From an uncultured Candidatus Sumerlaeota bacterium (lineage in GTDB: Bacteria; Sumerlaeota; Sumerlaeia; MWCT01; JAUWMI01): a stretch of DNA of 64,000 nt. The notes below the pieces were generated by a model that saw only the letters and a program-made list of their open reading frames with translations, ran no database searches and was not told where the DNA came from. The position numbers and the translations under genes were made by a program. The stretch covers positions 140 through 64,139 of the forward strand of contig CAYVXD010000006.1 of the NCBI GenBank assembly GCA_964454265.1, written 5' to 3'. This document shows positions 35,443-44,901 of this stretch, one piece after another; position 1 is the stretch's first letter; every line of letters starts with the position of its first letter.

Positions 35443-36702
35443 TTAGAAAGTCACACTGCCGACGTTCTGTGTATCAAGTGGATCAGGGCCGAGGGTAACC
35501 AGCGCGACATCAGCATTGCGCAGGTATTTTTCAGCTGATTCAAGAACGTCGTGCTTTGAGACAGCATCAATTTCCTGAATGACCGTATTGACAGGAATGT
35601 GCTTGCCGAAATAGAGTTCGTACTCTGCCAGTCGCATCATGCGGTTTCGGGTGTTTTCAAGTCCCAGGAGGATTGCCCCCTTAAGCTGAGCTTTTGCACT
35701 GGCGAGTTCTGAATCGCTCACTTCATCGCGATAGATTTTGCGAACTTCGCGCAGAACGACCTCCAGGACTTTTGGCAAATTCTTAGGGCTGGTAGCGCCT
35801 GAGATTGCAAAATATCCCACGTCGCGATAGCCGGTTTGACTCGAACCGATGGTGTAAGCCAGGCCGTGTCGTTCTCTGACTTCTTGAAAGATGCGCGAGC
35901 CCATGCCACCGCCCAGAATAATATTCATGACCTCAAAACGATACCGATCTGCCGACGTGCGTGGTAAGCTTATTGTTCCCAGGCAGAAATGAGATTGGTT
36001 CAGCTCCTGCCCAATTCTTCTGATGCCAAAGCGATGCTCAGGCGGCTGACAGCCGTTCCTTGGTTCTGAGCCATTTGGCAGCTCATTAAAATAGTCTCTT
36101 ATCACCTCTTCAACTATAGCGGTATCAAAGCTTCCTGCGATGGAAACCACCAAGCGCTTTGGCGGGAACTCCTTACGGGCAAACTCGGTTACTGTCTGAT
36201 GGTCAAAGCGCGAGACGTTCGATGCACAGCCGAGAATTGGCCTGCCAAGGCCATTCCCTTTCCAGAGGTCTTCCGTAAAGAGGTCAACAACGCGCTCCTC
36301 GGGGGTATCGTTATAGAGATTAATCTCCTCGAGCACAACACCGCGCTCGCGTTCAATTTCCTCAGGCTTAAATGCTGAGTTCAGATACAGGTTTGCCAGC
36401 AGTTCGATGGCGCGGGGGAGATGCTCGTCAAGAAGTTTGGCATAGAGACAGAGCATTTCATGGGTGGTAAAGGCATTAACATCGCCCCCGAGTTCGTTAA
36501 TCGTAGCGGCAATTTGAGAGACGTTCTGGGAGTGGGTGCCCTTGAAAAACATATGCTCAACAAAATGAGTAATTCCATTTTCATACTCGTTCTCCACACG
36601 GCTCCCTGCATCCAGCCACAGACCGATGGACACGGAGCGGACATGCGGAATATACTCCGTAACAACACGAACGCCACTGTTTAAGACACTTTTGCGAAAC
36701 AT
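35443..36702 (-). CDS. M16-family (pitrilysin/insulinase-like) zinc peptidase
   Basis: Inverted zinc motif HFVEHMFFKGT (HxxEH). 419 aa. Its position downstream of pnp matches the arrangement in several bacteria. Confidence 0.85.
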   Translation of the reverse strand: MFRKSVLNSGVRVVTEYIPHVRSVSIGLWLDAGSRVENEYENGITHFVEHMFFKGTHSQNVSQIAATINELGGDVNAFTTHEMLCLYAKLLDEHLPRAIELLANLYLNSAFKPEEIERERGVVLEEINLYNDTPEERVVDLFTEDLWKGNGLGRPILGCASNVSRFDHQTVTEFARKEFPPKRLVVSIAGSFDTAIVEEVIRDYFNELPNGSEPRNGCQPPEHRFGIRRIGQELNQSHFCLGTISLPRTSADRYRFEVMNIILGGGMGSRIFQEVRERHGLAYTIGSSQTGYRDVGYFAISGATSPKNLPKVLEVVLREVRKIYRDEVSDSELASAKAQLKGAILLGLENTRNRMMRLAEYELYFGKHIPVNTVIQEIDAVSKHDVLESAEKYLRNADVALVTLGPDPLDTQNVGSVTF

Positions 36703-36993
36703 TATACACCTACACTAAGGCCAGAACAATTCTGGTGTCTCAGGCTGAGAGTAGCAACGTGGCCGCTCGGAGCCTGCCTGGGGTTAACGCTTCTTGGTTT
36801 CCTTTTGGGCAATCTTACTTTTTTGATCTGGGCGCGCTCGGGAACGATTCGCGGTCAGCCGATCAGGCTGAATCACCCGGGCCGGGAAAGAAAAAGGAGT
36901 AAACATATTCCCGGTTCAGGGAAAGAACCGCATCGAATTTCACGAGTTTAGTATAATGGAAAGAAGAAAACCCGTGTGAATGATGCTCAAGTC

Positions 36994-37253
36994 TTGCAAA
37001 AACAGCAGACGAAAAAATTTGAATGGCTCAAGGTTGCTCCCTATTCTTCATGCCATTTCTACCTTGAGATAGTAGCAGATTTTTTGTGGTTGTCAAAGCA
37101 AAAAAGAGCCTTGAGATAAGTTCTAGATTCTCAAGACTCTTGCAAAACTAAGTATTTAACAGGAAATTATTGCAATTTGCAATACGCAAGAAATAAAATG
37201 GAATATATAGCCAATTTTTCACAAGGTCGTCAATATATTGTACGCTTTTGCAA
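36994..37253. repeat. Cluster of five TTGCAA palindromic hexamers in the pnp / M16 peptidase spacer
   Basis: The hexamers are at 36994, 37140, 37170, 37177 and 37248. Two lie within a longer direct repeat: ctcaagtcttgcaaaaac and ctcaagactcttgcaaaac. Confidence 0.7.
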
Positions 37254-37291
37254 AAGCTTCGCTTTGAGGTTAAGGAAGGGGCTTTTTGCTG

Positions 37292-39370
37292 CTATTTCAT
37301 GGCAGCTTTTCTACTGAGGCGAACGCGGCCGGTATCATTGTCAATGCCGATAACTTTCACAAGTATGCTATCGCCAGGGCGGCAGACATCTTCGACGCGG
37401 GCGATGCGCTTATTGTCGAGTTCTGATATGTGAACTAATCCATCGCGTCCGGGGAGAATCTCCACGATAGCGCCGAAGTTCGCTACCCGGGTGACCTTGC
37501 CCATGTAGATTTTATTAAGCTCAACTTCTGCAGTAAGGGCGTTAATCATTTCAATGGCGCGAGCAGAGGCTTCATTACCAACAGCGGCGACATAGACTGT
37601 GCCGTCGTTTTCCACGTCAATCCGCACACCGGTCTTTTCAATGATATCCCTAATGACTTTGCCTCCTGGTCCGATGAGGTCCCTGATGCGTTCCGGGTTG
37701 ATGTGGAGCGTCGTGATGCGTGGGGCATAGGGGGAGAGTTCAGGGCGGGGAGCGCTTAGGGTCTCGTGCATTTTCTGGAGCACCACGTGACGTGCGGCTT
37801 TTGCCTGATCCAGGACTTGGTCGAGAATCTCAAAGCTGACGCCGTCTGTTTTGATATCCATTTGCAGTGCTGTGATTCCCTTTTCAGTTCCTGTTATCTT
37901 CAGGTCCATGTCTCCCATGTGGTCTTCAAGGCCCGTAATATCGGTAAGGATAACGAAGTGATCGTCTCCTTTGACCAACCCCATGGCTATTCCGGCCACC
38001 GGGGCTTGTATGGGAATCCCAGCGTCCATAAGGCTGAGGGTTCCGCTGCTCACCGCGGCCATGGAGGAGGAGCCGTTGGATTCGAGGATTTCTGAGACCA
38101 CGCGAATGGTGTAGGGGAAGCTCTCCTTGTCGGGAATAACGGGCTCGAGGGCGCGTTCTGCGAGTGCCCCGTGGCCTATTTCGCGCCGTCCGGGGCCACG
38201 GACTGGCCGCACCTCGCCAACACTATAGGAGGGGAAGTTATAGTGCAGCATAAAGTGTTTTTCTGAGACACCAAGAATATTATCTATGGTTTGGCGGTCT
38301 TGGCTTGTGCCGAGAGTGACGGTGGAGAGCGCCTGGGTCTGGCCGCGTGTGAAGAGTGCAGAGCCGTGCGTGCGTGGTAGGATATTCACTTCGCACGTGA
38401 TGGGTCGAATATCCAGCGGGCCTCGCCCATCCTGGCGCATCTTTTTTTCGAGGATCATTTGCCGGACTATTTTGCTGTCCAGGGTATTAATGGTATTGCT
38501 AATAGCCTTTTCTTGATCCGGAAAGGCCTCTGCCAATTGCTCGTTGAGCGTCTGATGGATCTCCTGAAGGCGCTGCGAACGCTTTTGTTTATCCTCCATG
38601 ACGCTCAGTTGTTCGAGAAGCGGGAGAGCCAGGGTTTCGACTTGAGAGCCCAGGGTTTCATCCTGGGTGACAGTGGGGACTGGCGTTTTTTCCTGGCCAA
38701 GTTGCTCGCGGATTTTCTCCTGTATCTCAATGATATTTTGAATCTCGGCATGTGCCAGACGCAATGCTTTGGAAACTACGGCCTCGGGAATCTCCTTCAC
38801 CCCGCCCTCCACCATGATTATGGCATGCTTGGTGCCGGCGGCAACAAGGTCCAGCTGGCTCTTTTCCAGATCATTATAGGTCGGGTTAATAATGAACTGG
38901 TCATCAACCATGCCGACGCGCACGCCAGCAATCGGGGTGGTAAAAGGGATGTCCGAGATGTAGAGAGCAGTGGAAGCGCCAATCAAGGCAGGGAGTTCTG
39001 CCGGGTTTTCCTGATCCATAGAGAGGACGGTGACGTAGATTTGGGTTTCGGTAGAATAGCCTTCGGGGAAAAGTGGGCGAATGGGACGATCAATAAGGCG
39101 AGCCTTTAGCATTTCGCTATCCCCGGGTCGGCTTTCTCGTTTGATAAAGCCGCCGGGGATGCGACCGGACGCATAGAATTTTTCTCGGTAGTCAACGGTG
39201 AGAGGAAGAAAATTAACGTTTTCAAGAGGTTTTGATGCAGCTACTACTGCGACCAGGGCAACGGTTCCGCCAACCTGAACCAGCACTGAGGCATTGGCCT
39301 GTTTGGCCACTTTTCCGATTTCAATTGTTAGAGACTTGCCTCCGAATGGGACCTCAAATTTTACTGACAT
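37292..39370 (-). CDS. pnp: Polyribonucleotide nucleotidyltransferase (PNPase)
   Basis: 692 aa. Two RNase PH-like halves, a KH motif GPGGKVIRDIIEKTG and an S1 domain GKVTRVANFGAIVEILPGRDGLVHISEL. Confidence 0.95.
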   Translation of the reverse strand: MSVKFEVPFGGKSLTIEIGKVAKQANASVLVQVGGTVALVAVVAASKPLENVNFLPLTVDYREKFYASGRIPGGFIKRESRPGDSEMLKARLIDRPIRPLFPEGYSTETQIYVTVLSMDQENPAELPALIGASTALYISDIPFTTPIAGVRVGMVDDQFIINPTYNDLEKSQLDLVAAGTKHAIIMVEGGVKEIPEAVVSKALRLAHAEIQNIIEIQEKIREQLGQEKTPVPTVTQDETLGSQVETLALPLLEQLSVMEDKQKRSQRLQEIHQTLNEQLAEAFPDQEKAISNTINTLDSKIVRQMILEKKMRQDGRGPLDIRPITCEVNILPRTHGSALFTRGQTQALSTVTLGTSQDRQTIDNILGVSEKHFMLHYNFPSYSVGEVRPVRGPGRREIGHGALAERALEPVIPDKESFPYTIRVVSEILESNGSSSMAAVSSGTLSLMDAGIPIQAPVAGIAMGLVKGDDHFVILTDITGLEDHMGDMDLKITGTEKGITALQMDIKTDGVSFEILDQVLDQAKAARHVVLQKMHETLSAPRPELSPYAPRITTLHINPERIRDLIGPGGKVIRDIIEKTGVRIDVENDGTVYVAAVGNEASARAIEMINALTAEVELNKIYMGKVTRVANFGAIVEILPGRDGLVHISELDNKRIARVEDVCRPGDSILVKVIGIDNDTGRVRLSRKAAMK

Positions 39371-39436
39371 GAATCATGGACCTTTCTGCATCGCCAGCGA
39401 ACCAATGAGTCTGCTCTCGCATGAACGGGTCGCATG

Positions 39437-39507
39437 TTTCGGGCTTTTGAGTTTTCGTGCTATTGGAGCACCGTACTTCTTGAACACGAAACCTCAAAAT
39501 CCCGAAA
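39437..39507 (-). promoter_or_regulatory. Long stem-loop in the rpsO-pnp spacer (candidate RNase III / autoregulatory leader hairpin)
   Basis: 23-nt arms tttcgggcttttgagttttcgtg (39437-39459) and cacgaaacctcaaaatcccgaaa (39485-39507) are complementary except for 2 positions. The loop is 25 nt. Confidence 0.5.
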
Positions 39508-39712
39508 CCGAAACCCCATTAGCTCATGGCGCGCGTTTTTTTTATGTCATCCCTCTGCTAGATTTTCTCAGGGGAATGACTGAATGTTTCAGAGTACTTT
39601 CCTTCTCTTTGATTTTGGAACTATAGAAGAGGAGTCTGCTTTAGGTTTGTGAGCCATTCTATTCCGGACTCAATCACACACAGACACCATTGAAGAATAA
39701 GCGACATCGCGA

Positions 39713-39994
39713 TTATTTTCGTAACCCAAGTTGTTTCAGTAGATCGCGATACCGATTCATATCTACGTTACGCAGATAGTGTAACAGGTTCTTGCGTTTC
39801 CCGACCAATTTGAGAAGACCACGTCGTGAGTGGTAGTCCTTTTTGTGAGTTTTGAAATGCTCGGTGAGGTTCTGGATGCGTGTAGTCAGGACGGCGATCT
39901 GAACTTCAGGCGATCCGGTATCAGTTTCATGAGTTTTGAATTGCTCGATCAGTTCCTTTTTTTTCTCGGCTGTAATAGACACGGCTGTCTTCAT
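39713..39994 (-). CDS. rpsO: 30S ribosomal protein S15
   Basis: 93 aa. Contains [50 protein letters not shown]. Confidence 0.95.
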   Translation of the reverse strand: MKTAVSITAEKKKELIEQFKTHETDTGSPEVQIAVLTTRIQNLTEHFKTHKKDYHSRRGLLKLVGKRKNLLHYLRNVDMNRYRDLLKQLGLRK

Positions 39995-40474
39995 CCCTTT
40001 CTAGGACTCACCAGTTGCCAAGAAAGACGTCGGGAGCTCGTCATTCCTAGCAACAGGCGAAAAAATTCAGGTCGTTCTTATCTTCCTTCACTGACAATAT
40101 AGTATTTGATTGAATCAGAATTACGATGCGATGTCAACAGTTTAGTGGTGTTAAGACGAAGAAGGCATTTTTAGCCATAAGTGGGGCTGTGCCAGAAGCT
40201 TATGGCAGCGCGTTGGCAGCAGATCAGGCCGCATGAGAGATAAGCTGCGTTGAGTTTCAGTGTCGGGAGGCATCCGCAGCATGGCGAGCGGCAAACTCGT
40301 TATCATTGCCAGGCAAGCGAGATTGGCCTTAAAAAAGGAGCTGAAGAGGGTAAAATTTCTGTTGCAAAGTTGTTTTACTATCAGGTAATTCCCAAGGTTG
40401 TGGGCATTAGTCATGATGCAAGAATAATTGGATGCCTGCCGCCCAGGAGACCGATCTAAAGGAGGGCGCGGCGC

Positions 40475-41926
40475 ATGAATGGGCTGAATCGCTTCTTCAA
40501 GTTGGACGAATTGGGGACAAACGTCCGCACAGAAGTGGTTGCAGGGATAACCACCTTCATGACCATGGCGTACATTGTGTTTGTTAACCCGGCGATACTG
40601 AGTGCAAGTGGGGTGCCATTTGAAGGAGCTGTGGTGGCGACATGCATCGCGTCGGGACTAATTACGATTCTGATGGGCCTGTTTACAAATTATCCACTGG
40701 CCCTGGCATGTGGAATGGGGCTGAATGCAATGGTCTCGTACACCATTGTGTTAAGCATGGGCGAGACGTGGCAGGTGGGTATGGGTGTGGTGGTTGCAGA
40801 AGGGATTCTGGTGCTGATTCTGAGCCTTACCAATCTACGGACGATCATTATGGAGGCGATTCCGCAGAGTTTAAAATACGCGATAGGAGTGGCGATTGGG
40901 TTGTTCATAGCGTTGATCGGACTGAAAGACGCGGGGATCATTGTGTTTGACCAGGCAACCCTGTTAAAGTTAGGTAATCTGACTTCCGGGGCGACGCTGC
41001 TGGCATTGCTGGGATTGATGATTACGGCGGTCCTGGTGGCGCTGCGGATTCCCGGGGCGTTGCTGATCGGGATTCTGGCTACGGCGGTCATTGGAGCGTT
41101 TTGGCCGTTTCAAATAGTCCAGCGGCCTGAGACTGTTTTTGCACTGCCCAGTGATTTTTCGACCATGTTTCGGTTTGACCTTGCCGGGGCACTGAAAATT
41201 GCACTGATTCCAGTGATTTTTGCGTTTTTCATGACTGACTTTTTCGACACCATGGGAACAGCAATTGGTATTGGTAAGCAGGCAGGGTTTCTTGATGAAC
41301 GAGGGAATATTCCCAGGTTGAAGCGGCTGCTGGTTGTAGATTCGCTGGGTGCGGTATCTGGTGGGATGTTGGGGTGCAGTTCAGTGACGAGTTACATTGA
41401 GAGCGCTGCGGGAGTGTCGTCTGGCGGACGAAGCGGGTTAACCGCCGTGGTCACGGGGTTGCTCTTCTTTGTCGCACTCTTTTTTACGCCGATTATCGCC
41501 ATTGTCGGGGGCGGCTACAAGGTGATGCAGGAGTTTGCAATCGCCGGACAGCAGGTGTTGTCGGGTGATGGTAGAGTGTTGATTGAGCAGCTGGGGTTAG
41601 AAGGGTGTAAGGTGCTGAAGCAGGGCTATTTGTATCCGATCACGGCGCCAGCGCTTATTATCGTCGGATTTCTCATGTTCAAGGTGATTACGGAGATCAA
41701 CTTTGCAAATATAGAAGAAGGGCTGCCGGCATTTCTGGTTATTCTCGTCATGCCACTCACACTGAACATCTCCTACGGGATAGGATTTGGCTTTATAAGT
41801 TTTTCTCTCATTAAGGTGCTGATCGGTAAAGGGCGTGAAGTGCATCCTCTCATGTATGTCGTGTCGCTTCTTTTCGTGCTCTGTTTCATAAGTCCGTGGC
41901 TGACTAAGATTGTCAGTGGCGCGTAG
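40475..41926 (+). CDS. NCS2-family purine (adenine/guanine/hypoxanthine) permease, AzgA-like
   Basis: N-terminus FFKLDELGTNVRTEVVAGITTFMTMAYIVFVNP. It is polytopic and 483 aa. Confidence 0.85.
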   Translation: MNGLNRFFKLDELGTNVRTEVVAGITTFMTMAYIVFVNPAILSASGVPFEGAVVATCIASGLITILMGLFTNYPLALACGMGLNAMVSYTIVLSMGETWQVGMGVVVAEGILVLILSLTNLRTIIMEAIPQSLKYAIGVAIGLFIALIGLKDAGIIVFDQATLLKLGNLTSGATLLALLGLMITAVLVALRIPGALLIGILATAVIGAFWPFQIVQRPETVFALPSDFSTMFRFDLAGALKIALIPVIFAFFMTDFFDTMGTAIGIGKQAGFLDERGNIPRLKRLLVVDSLGAVSGGMLGCSSVTSYIESAAGVSSGGRSGLTAVVTGLLFFVALFFTPIIAIVGGGYKVMQEFAIAGQQVLSGDGRVLIEQLGLEGCKVLKQGYLYPITAPALIIVGFLMFKVITEINFANIEEGLPAFLVILVMPLTLNISYGIGFGFISFSLIKVLIGKGREVHPLMYVVSLLFVLCFISPWLTKIVSGA

Positions 41927-42199
41927 TTTCGCGAGTGGTCAACAGGATCGCCCTGCGCAAGAGTCATAGGCGCATTCTGTGGCTGACCGCGGATGTTCTC
42001 GGTGGCCCCACGCAGGCCATTTCCCCCAAATCCCGTCATAATGTGGTGGCTTGGCGGGTCATGTCATGCTTCCAGCCTCTTGCGAGTTCCGCGTATTTTT
42101 TTCATTCGTGTATTCTAGCCCGATAATGTGTAGGTTCACAGATGTAGGGTTATGACTGTGTGGTGGCGAGCGGACTCACTGGGCTGGTGGGGTCACAGC

Positions 42200-43324
42200 C
42201 TACTTGGAAAGGCCACCATTTTCGACGTGAAAGGTTTTGTCCATGGGGAAACGGCTGGTAATGGGTTGACGGTCAGTGGCGGTGATAATGGTCTGGAGGT
42301 TCTGAGTCAGCGAGGAGAGGAGATGGATTTTGCGATGTTCGTCGAGTTCGGAAGTGATGTCATCCAGGAGGAGGATAGGTGTCTGGCCGGTAAAGTCGTG
42401 CATGAGGTGAATTTCCGCGAGGCGGATGGCAACGATGGCGGAACGCTGCTGACCCTGGGAAGCGTAGGTGCGCGCGTCGCTTTTATTGATAAGAATCTGT
42501 AGATCATCACGGTGCGGGCCGACGGTGGTTTGTGCGCGGTAGAAGTCGTCTTCGCGGCTTTCGCGCAGGCGCTGGGAATAGGCGAGCATTGCCTGCTCAG
42601 CAGAAAGTTTGCTGCGCGTTTCAAGAAAGTTCTGATAAGAGAGTTCGAGGTGTTCCTGTTCCTGCGATAGGAGGCTGTAATAGCGTGCTGCATGCGCTGA
42701 GAGTTGCTGAATCACCTGGTAGCGAAGGTGGAAAATTTCCGCAGCACTTTCCACGAGCTGTTGGTCAAGACCCTCGAGCATCGTGTTGATCTGATTGGGC
42801 TCTGCTTCGGCTCTGAGGAGGAGATTACGGCGTTTAAGAATCTTGTGAAGGAGCTGAAGATGAGTGAGGTAGGTGTGGCTGATCTGGCTGATTTCCATAT
42901 CCAGGAAGCGTCGGCGTAAGGCCGGTGGGCCTTTGACGATCTGAAGATCATCGGGTGTAAAGAGAATAGCATTGATCTTGCCCCAGAGGAGGCCGAGGCG
43001 GTTAATTTGCTTTTCATCTACAAGGACTGCCTTATCCGTGGGGGAAATGGCGACAGTAACGTTGTGTTCACCTTCTGAGCGATGAATCGTACCTTTGATT
43101 ATGGCCACGGTATCGTCGGCGCAATTCCAGGGGAGGCATTCGCGGTCAATGCGGGTACTAAAGGAGCGACCCGTGGCGAGATAGTAGATGGCCTCAAGAA
43201 TGTTGGTTTTCCCCTGAGCGTTGTCACCCCAGAAGAGATTCGTCCCGGGGGCGAGCGAGAGTTTGAGGCCCTGGATATTACGGAAGTTCGTTATCTGTAG
43301 TGCGCTAAGGTACATGAGTAGCAC
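42200..43324 (-). CDS. recF: DNA replication and repair protein RecF
   Basis: Walker A is GDNAQGKTNILEA, the signature is SQGQQRS and Walker B is LLLDDITSELD. The start is either GTG at 43324 or ATG at 43315 (MYLSALQITNFRN). Confidence 0.9.
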   Translation of the reverse strand: MLLMYLSALQITNFRNIQGLKLSLAPGTNLFWGDNAQGKTNILEAIYYLATGRSFSTRIDRECLPWNCADDTVAIIKGTIHRSEGEHNVTVAISPTDKAVLVDEKQINRLGLLWGKINAILFTPDDLQIVKGPPALRRRFLDMEISQISHTYLTHLQLLHKILKRRNLLLRAEAEPNQINTMLEGLDQQLVESAAEIFHLRYQVIQQLSAHAARYYSLLSQEQEHLELSYQNFLETRSKLSAEQAMLAYSQRLRESREDDFYRAQTTVGPHRDDLQILINKSDARTYASQGQQRSAIVAIRLAEIHLMHDFTGQTPILLLDDITSELDEHRKIHLLSSLTQNLQTIITATDRQPITSRFPMDKTFHVENGGLSK

Positions 43325-43382
43325 CAGTGGTGCGTGTGCTTAAAAATGAGTCCTGCTGACTGAGGACATTCTCTATTATTGT

Positions 43383-43410
43383 GTAGGAGCGTTCAATTGA
43401 ACGCCCGCAC
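43383..43410. repeat. 28-bp degenerate member of the palindrome family, gtaggagcgttcaattgaacgcccgcac
   Basis: The core gcgttcaattgaacgc is a perfect palindrome. The outer arms have 3 mismatches. It lies between the ubiA stop and the recF start. Confidence 0.75.
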
Positions 43411-43420
43411 AATCAGTTGC

Positions 43421-44290
43421 CTAACTGGCAAACCGGACGAGAAAATCCATTGCGCCACAGGCGAACAGAAATACGCTGATCAGGCCGTTGACCGTGAAGA
43501 ACGCGGTATTTATGCGTGAGAGGTCGCGCGGACTCACCAGATGATGTTCGTATAAGAGCAGCCCGCCAGTGACAAGGACACCGAACAGGAAGAACAACGA
43601 AAGTGTACTGAGAAAATATACCATCAGGAAAGAGCAGAATGCGCCAGCATGAGCAAGCCGTGCCACACGCAGCGCCGCAGGAATTCCAAGTCGTTGAGGG
43701 ATTGAGAGGATGCTGAGTTTAACGTCAATGTCATAATCCTGGCATGCGTAAAGAATGTCAAAGCCTGCGGTCCAGAGCAGCACGCCCAGTCCCAGTACCA
43801 GCGGAGGCACGGCAAAGGCTCCGCGCACTGCCACCCATGCCCCAATCGGAGCCAGGCTGAGTGCCAGGCCTAGAATGAAGTGCGAGTAGATAGTAACGCG
43901 TTTTGTGTAGGAATAGCCAAGGATGATAATGAGCGCTACTGGCGAGAGGGCGAAGGTTAACTGGTTGAGCTGTGAAGCACAGAAGATAAAGAGCAGGGCC
44001 ATTAGTGCTACAAATCCCCAGGTGAACGTCAGGCTGAGCTTGCCGGTAGGAAGCGCGCGAGTGCGTGTGCGCGGATTCTGGCGGTCGTAATCAAGGTCAA
44101 CGATGCGATTGAAGGCCATGGCAGCAGAGCGGGCAAACACGCAGGCCAGCACAATCAGAACGATGACGCGCAGCGAAGGAATCCCATGTGCCGCAAGAAG
44201 CATACTGATCAGGGCAAAAGGCAGTGCAAAGGCCGAATGCTCGAATTTAATCATTTCCAGCACCACGGCAATCTTGCGCATAAGTTTCAT
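43421..44290 (-). CDS. ubiA: UbiA-family aromatic prenyltransferase (4-hydroxybenzoate polyprenyltransferase-like)
   Basis: NRIVDLDYDRQNPRT is an Asp-rich motif. About 9 TM segments. 289 aa. Confidence 0.8.
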   Translation of the reverse strand: MKLMRKIAVVLEMIKFEHSAFALPFALISMLLAAHGIPSLRVIVLIVLACVFARSAAMAFNRIVDLDYDRQNPRTRTRALPTGKLSLTFTWGFVALMALLFIFCASQLNQLTFALSPVALIIILGYSYTKRVTIYSHFILGLALSLAPIGAWVAVRGAFAVPPLVLGLGVLLWTAGFDILYACQDYDIDVKLSILSIPQRLGIPAALRVARLAHAGAFCSFLMVYFLSTLSLFFLFGVLVTGGLLLYEHHLVSPRDLSRINTAFFTVNGLISVFLFACGAMDFLVRFAS

Positions 44291-44901
44291 GTCAGGGGAT
44301 CCTCAGAAGACCACTGAATTTTCCCAGGATGAGGCAACCCAAGGTGGGCAAAGATTCTGGAAATGAGAAAGTCCGCCAGGTCGTCAATTGTTGTGGGATG
44401 ATGATAGAAAGCCGGCATAGCAGGCAGGATACAGGCACCAGCATGGGTGAGGGTCAGCATATTCTCGAGATGGATTGCGTTGAGGGGTGTTTCGCGCGGA
44501 ACGAGTATCAATGGTCGGTGTTCCTTGAGGCAGACATCGGCGGTGCGCGTTATAAGATTAGCAGCGTAGCCTGTTGCCACGGCACTAAGCGTTTTCATGG
44601 AGCAAGGAATGATGACCATGGCGTCGTAAGGGGTTGATCCGCTGGCTGGTGGTGCGAGTAGATCATCATTGAGATGATGGGTGAGCTTTGCCAGCGCATC
44701 TGGGCTGACCGAAAGGAAATCCGCAAGACGCAATGACTGCTGAAATCCGGTCACTTTGAGTTCCTTTTCGATGAGCAGGGCAGCGGTTTGCGTAATGATG
44801 AGGGACACAGTAACCGGCAGGGTCACGACAGTTTCCAGGAAGCGCCTGGCATAATAGACGCCGCTTGCACCGCTAATGCCGACGATGAGACGTGTGATCA
44901 T
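44287..44901 (-). CDS. ubiX: Flavin prenyltransferase UbiX
   Basis: N-terminus GISGASGVYYARRFLE. 204 aa. It has 4-nt overlaps with both neighbours. Confidence 0.85.
   Translation of the reverse strand: MITRLIVGISGASGVYYARRFLETVVTLPVTVSLIITQTAALLIEKELKVTGFQQSLRLADFLSVSPDALAKLTHHLNDDLLAPPASGSTPYDAMVIIPCSMKTLSAVATGYAANLITRTADVCLKEHRPLILVPRETPLNAIHLENMLTLTHAGACILPAMPAFYHHPTTIDDLADFLISRIFAHLGLPHPGKIQWSSEDPLT

Noticed and set aside
38459-39109. 216-aa plus-strand ORF
   Set aside because: It is antisense to pnp, whose identity is unambiguous.
40000-40474. Riboswitch upstream of the NCS2 purine permease (purine, ZTP/pfl or xanthine-type)
   Set aside because: I read the 475-nt leader looking for the conserved purine-riboswitch junction/loop sequences and for the ZTP GGGUCG...CCGCCUGGGC pseudoknot elements, and found neither. 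Only a generic 7-bp hairpin (ccataag...cttatgg) is present. A covariance-model scan would be needed to exclude other classes.
8834-43410. Possible CRISPR array, because of recurring 28-bp palindromic repeats
   Set aside because: The copies are tens of kilobases apart at unrelated intergenic sites, not arrayed with regular 30-40 nt spacers. Their cores also differ, and no cas genes are present.
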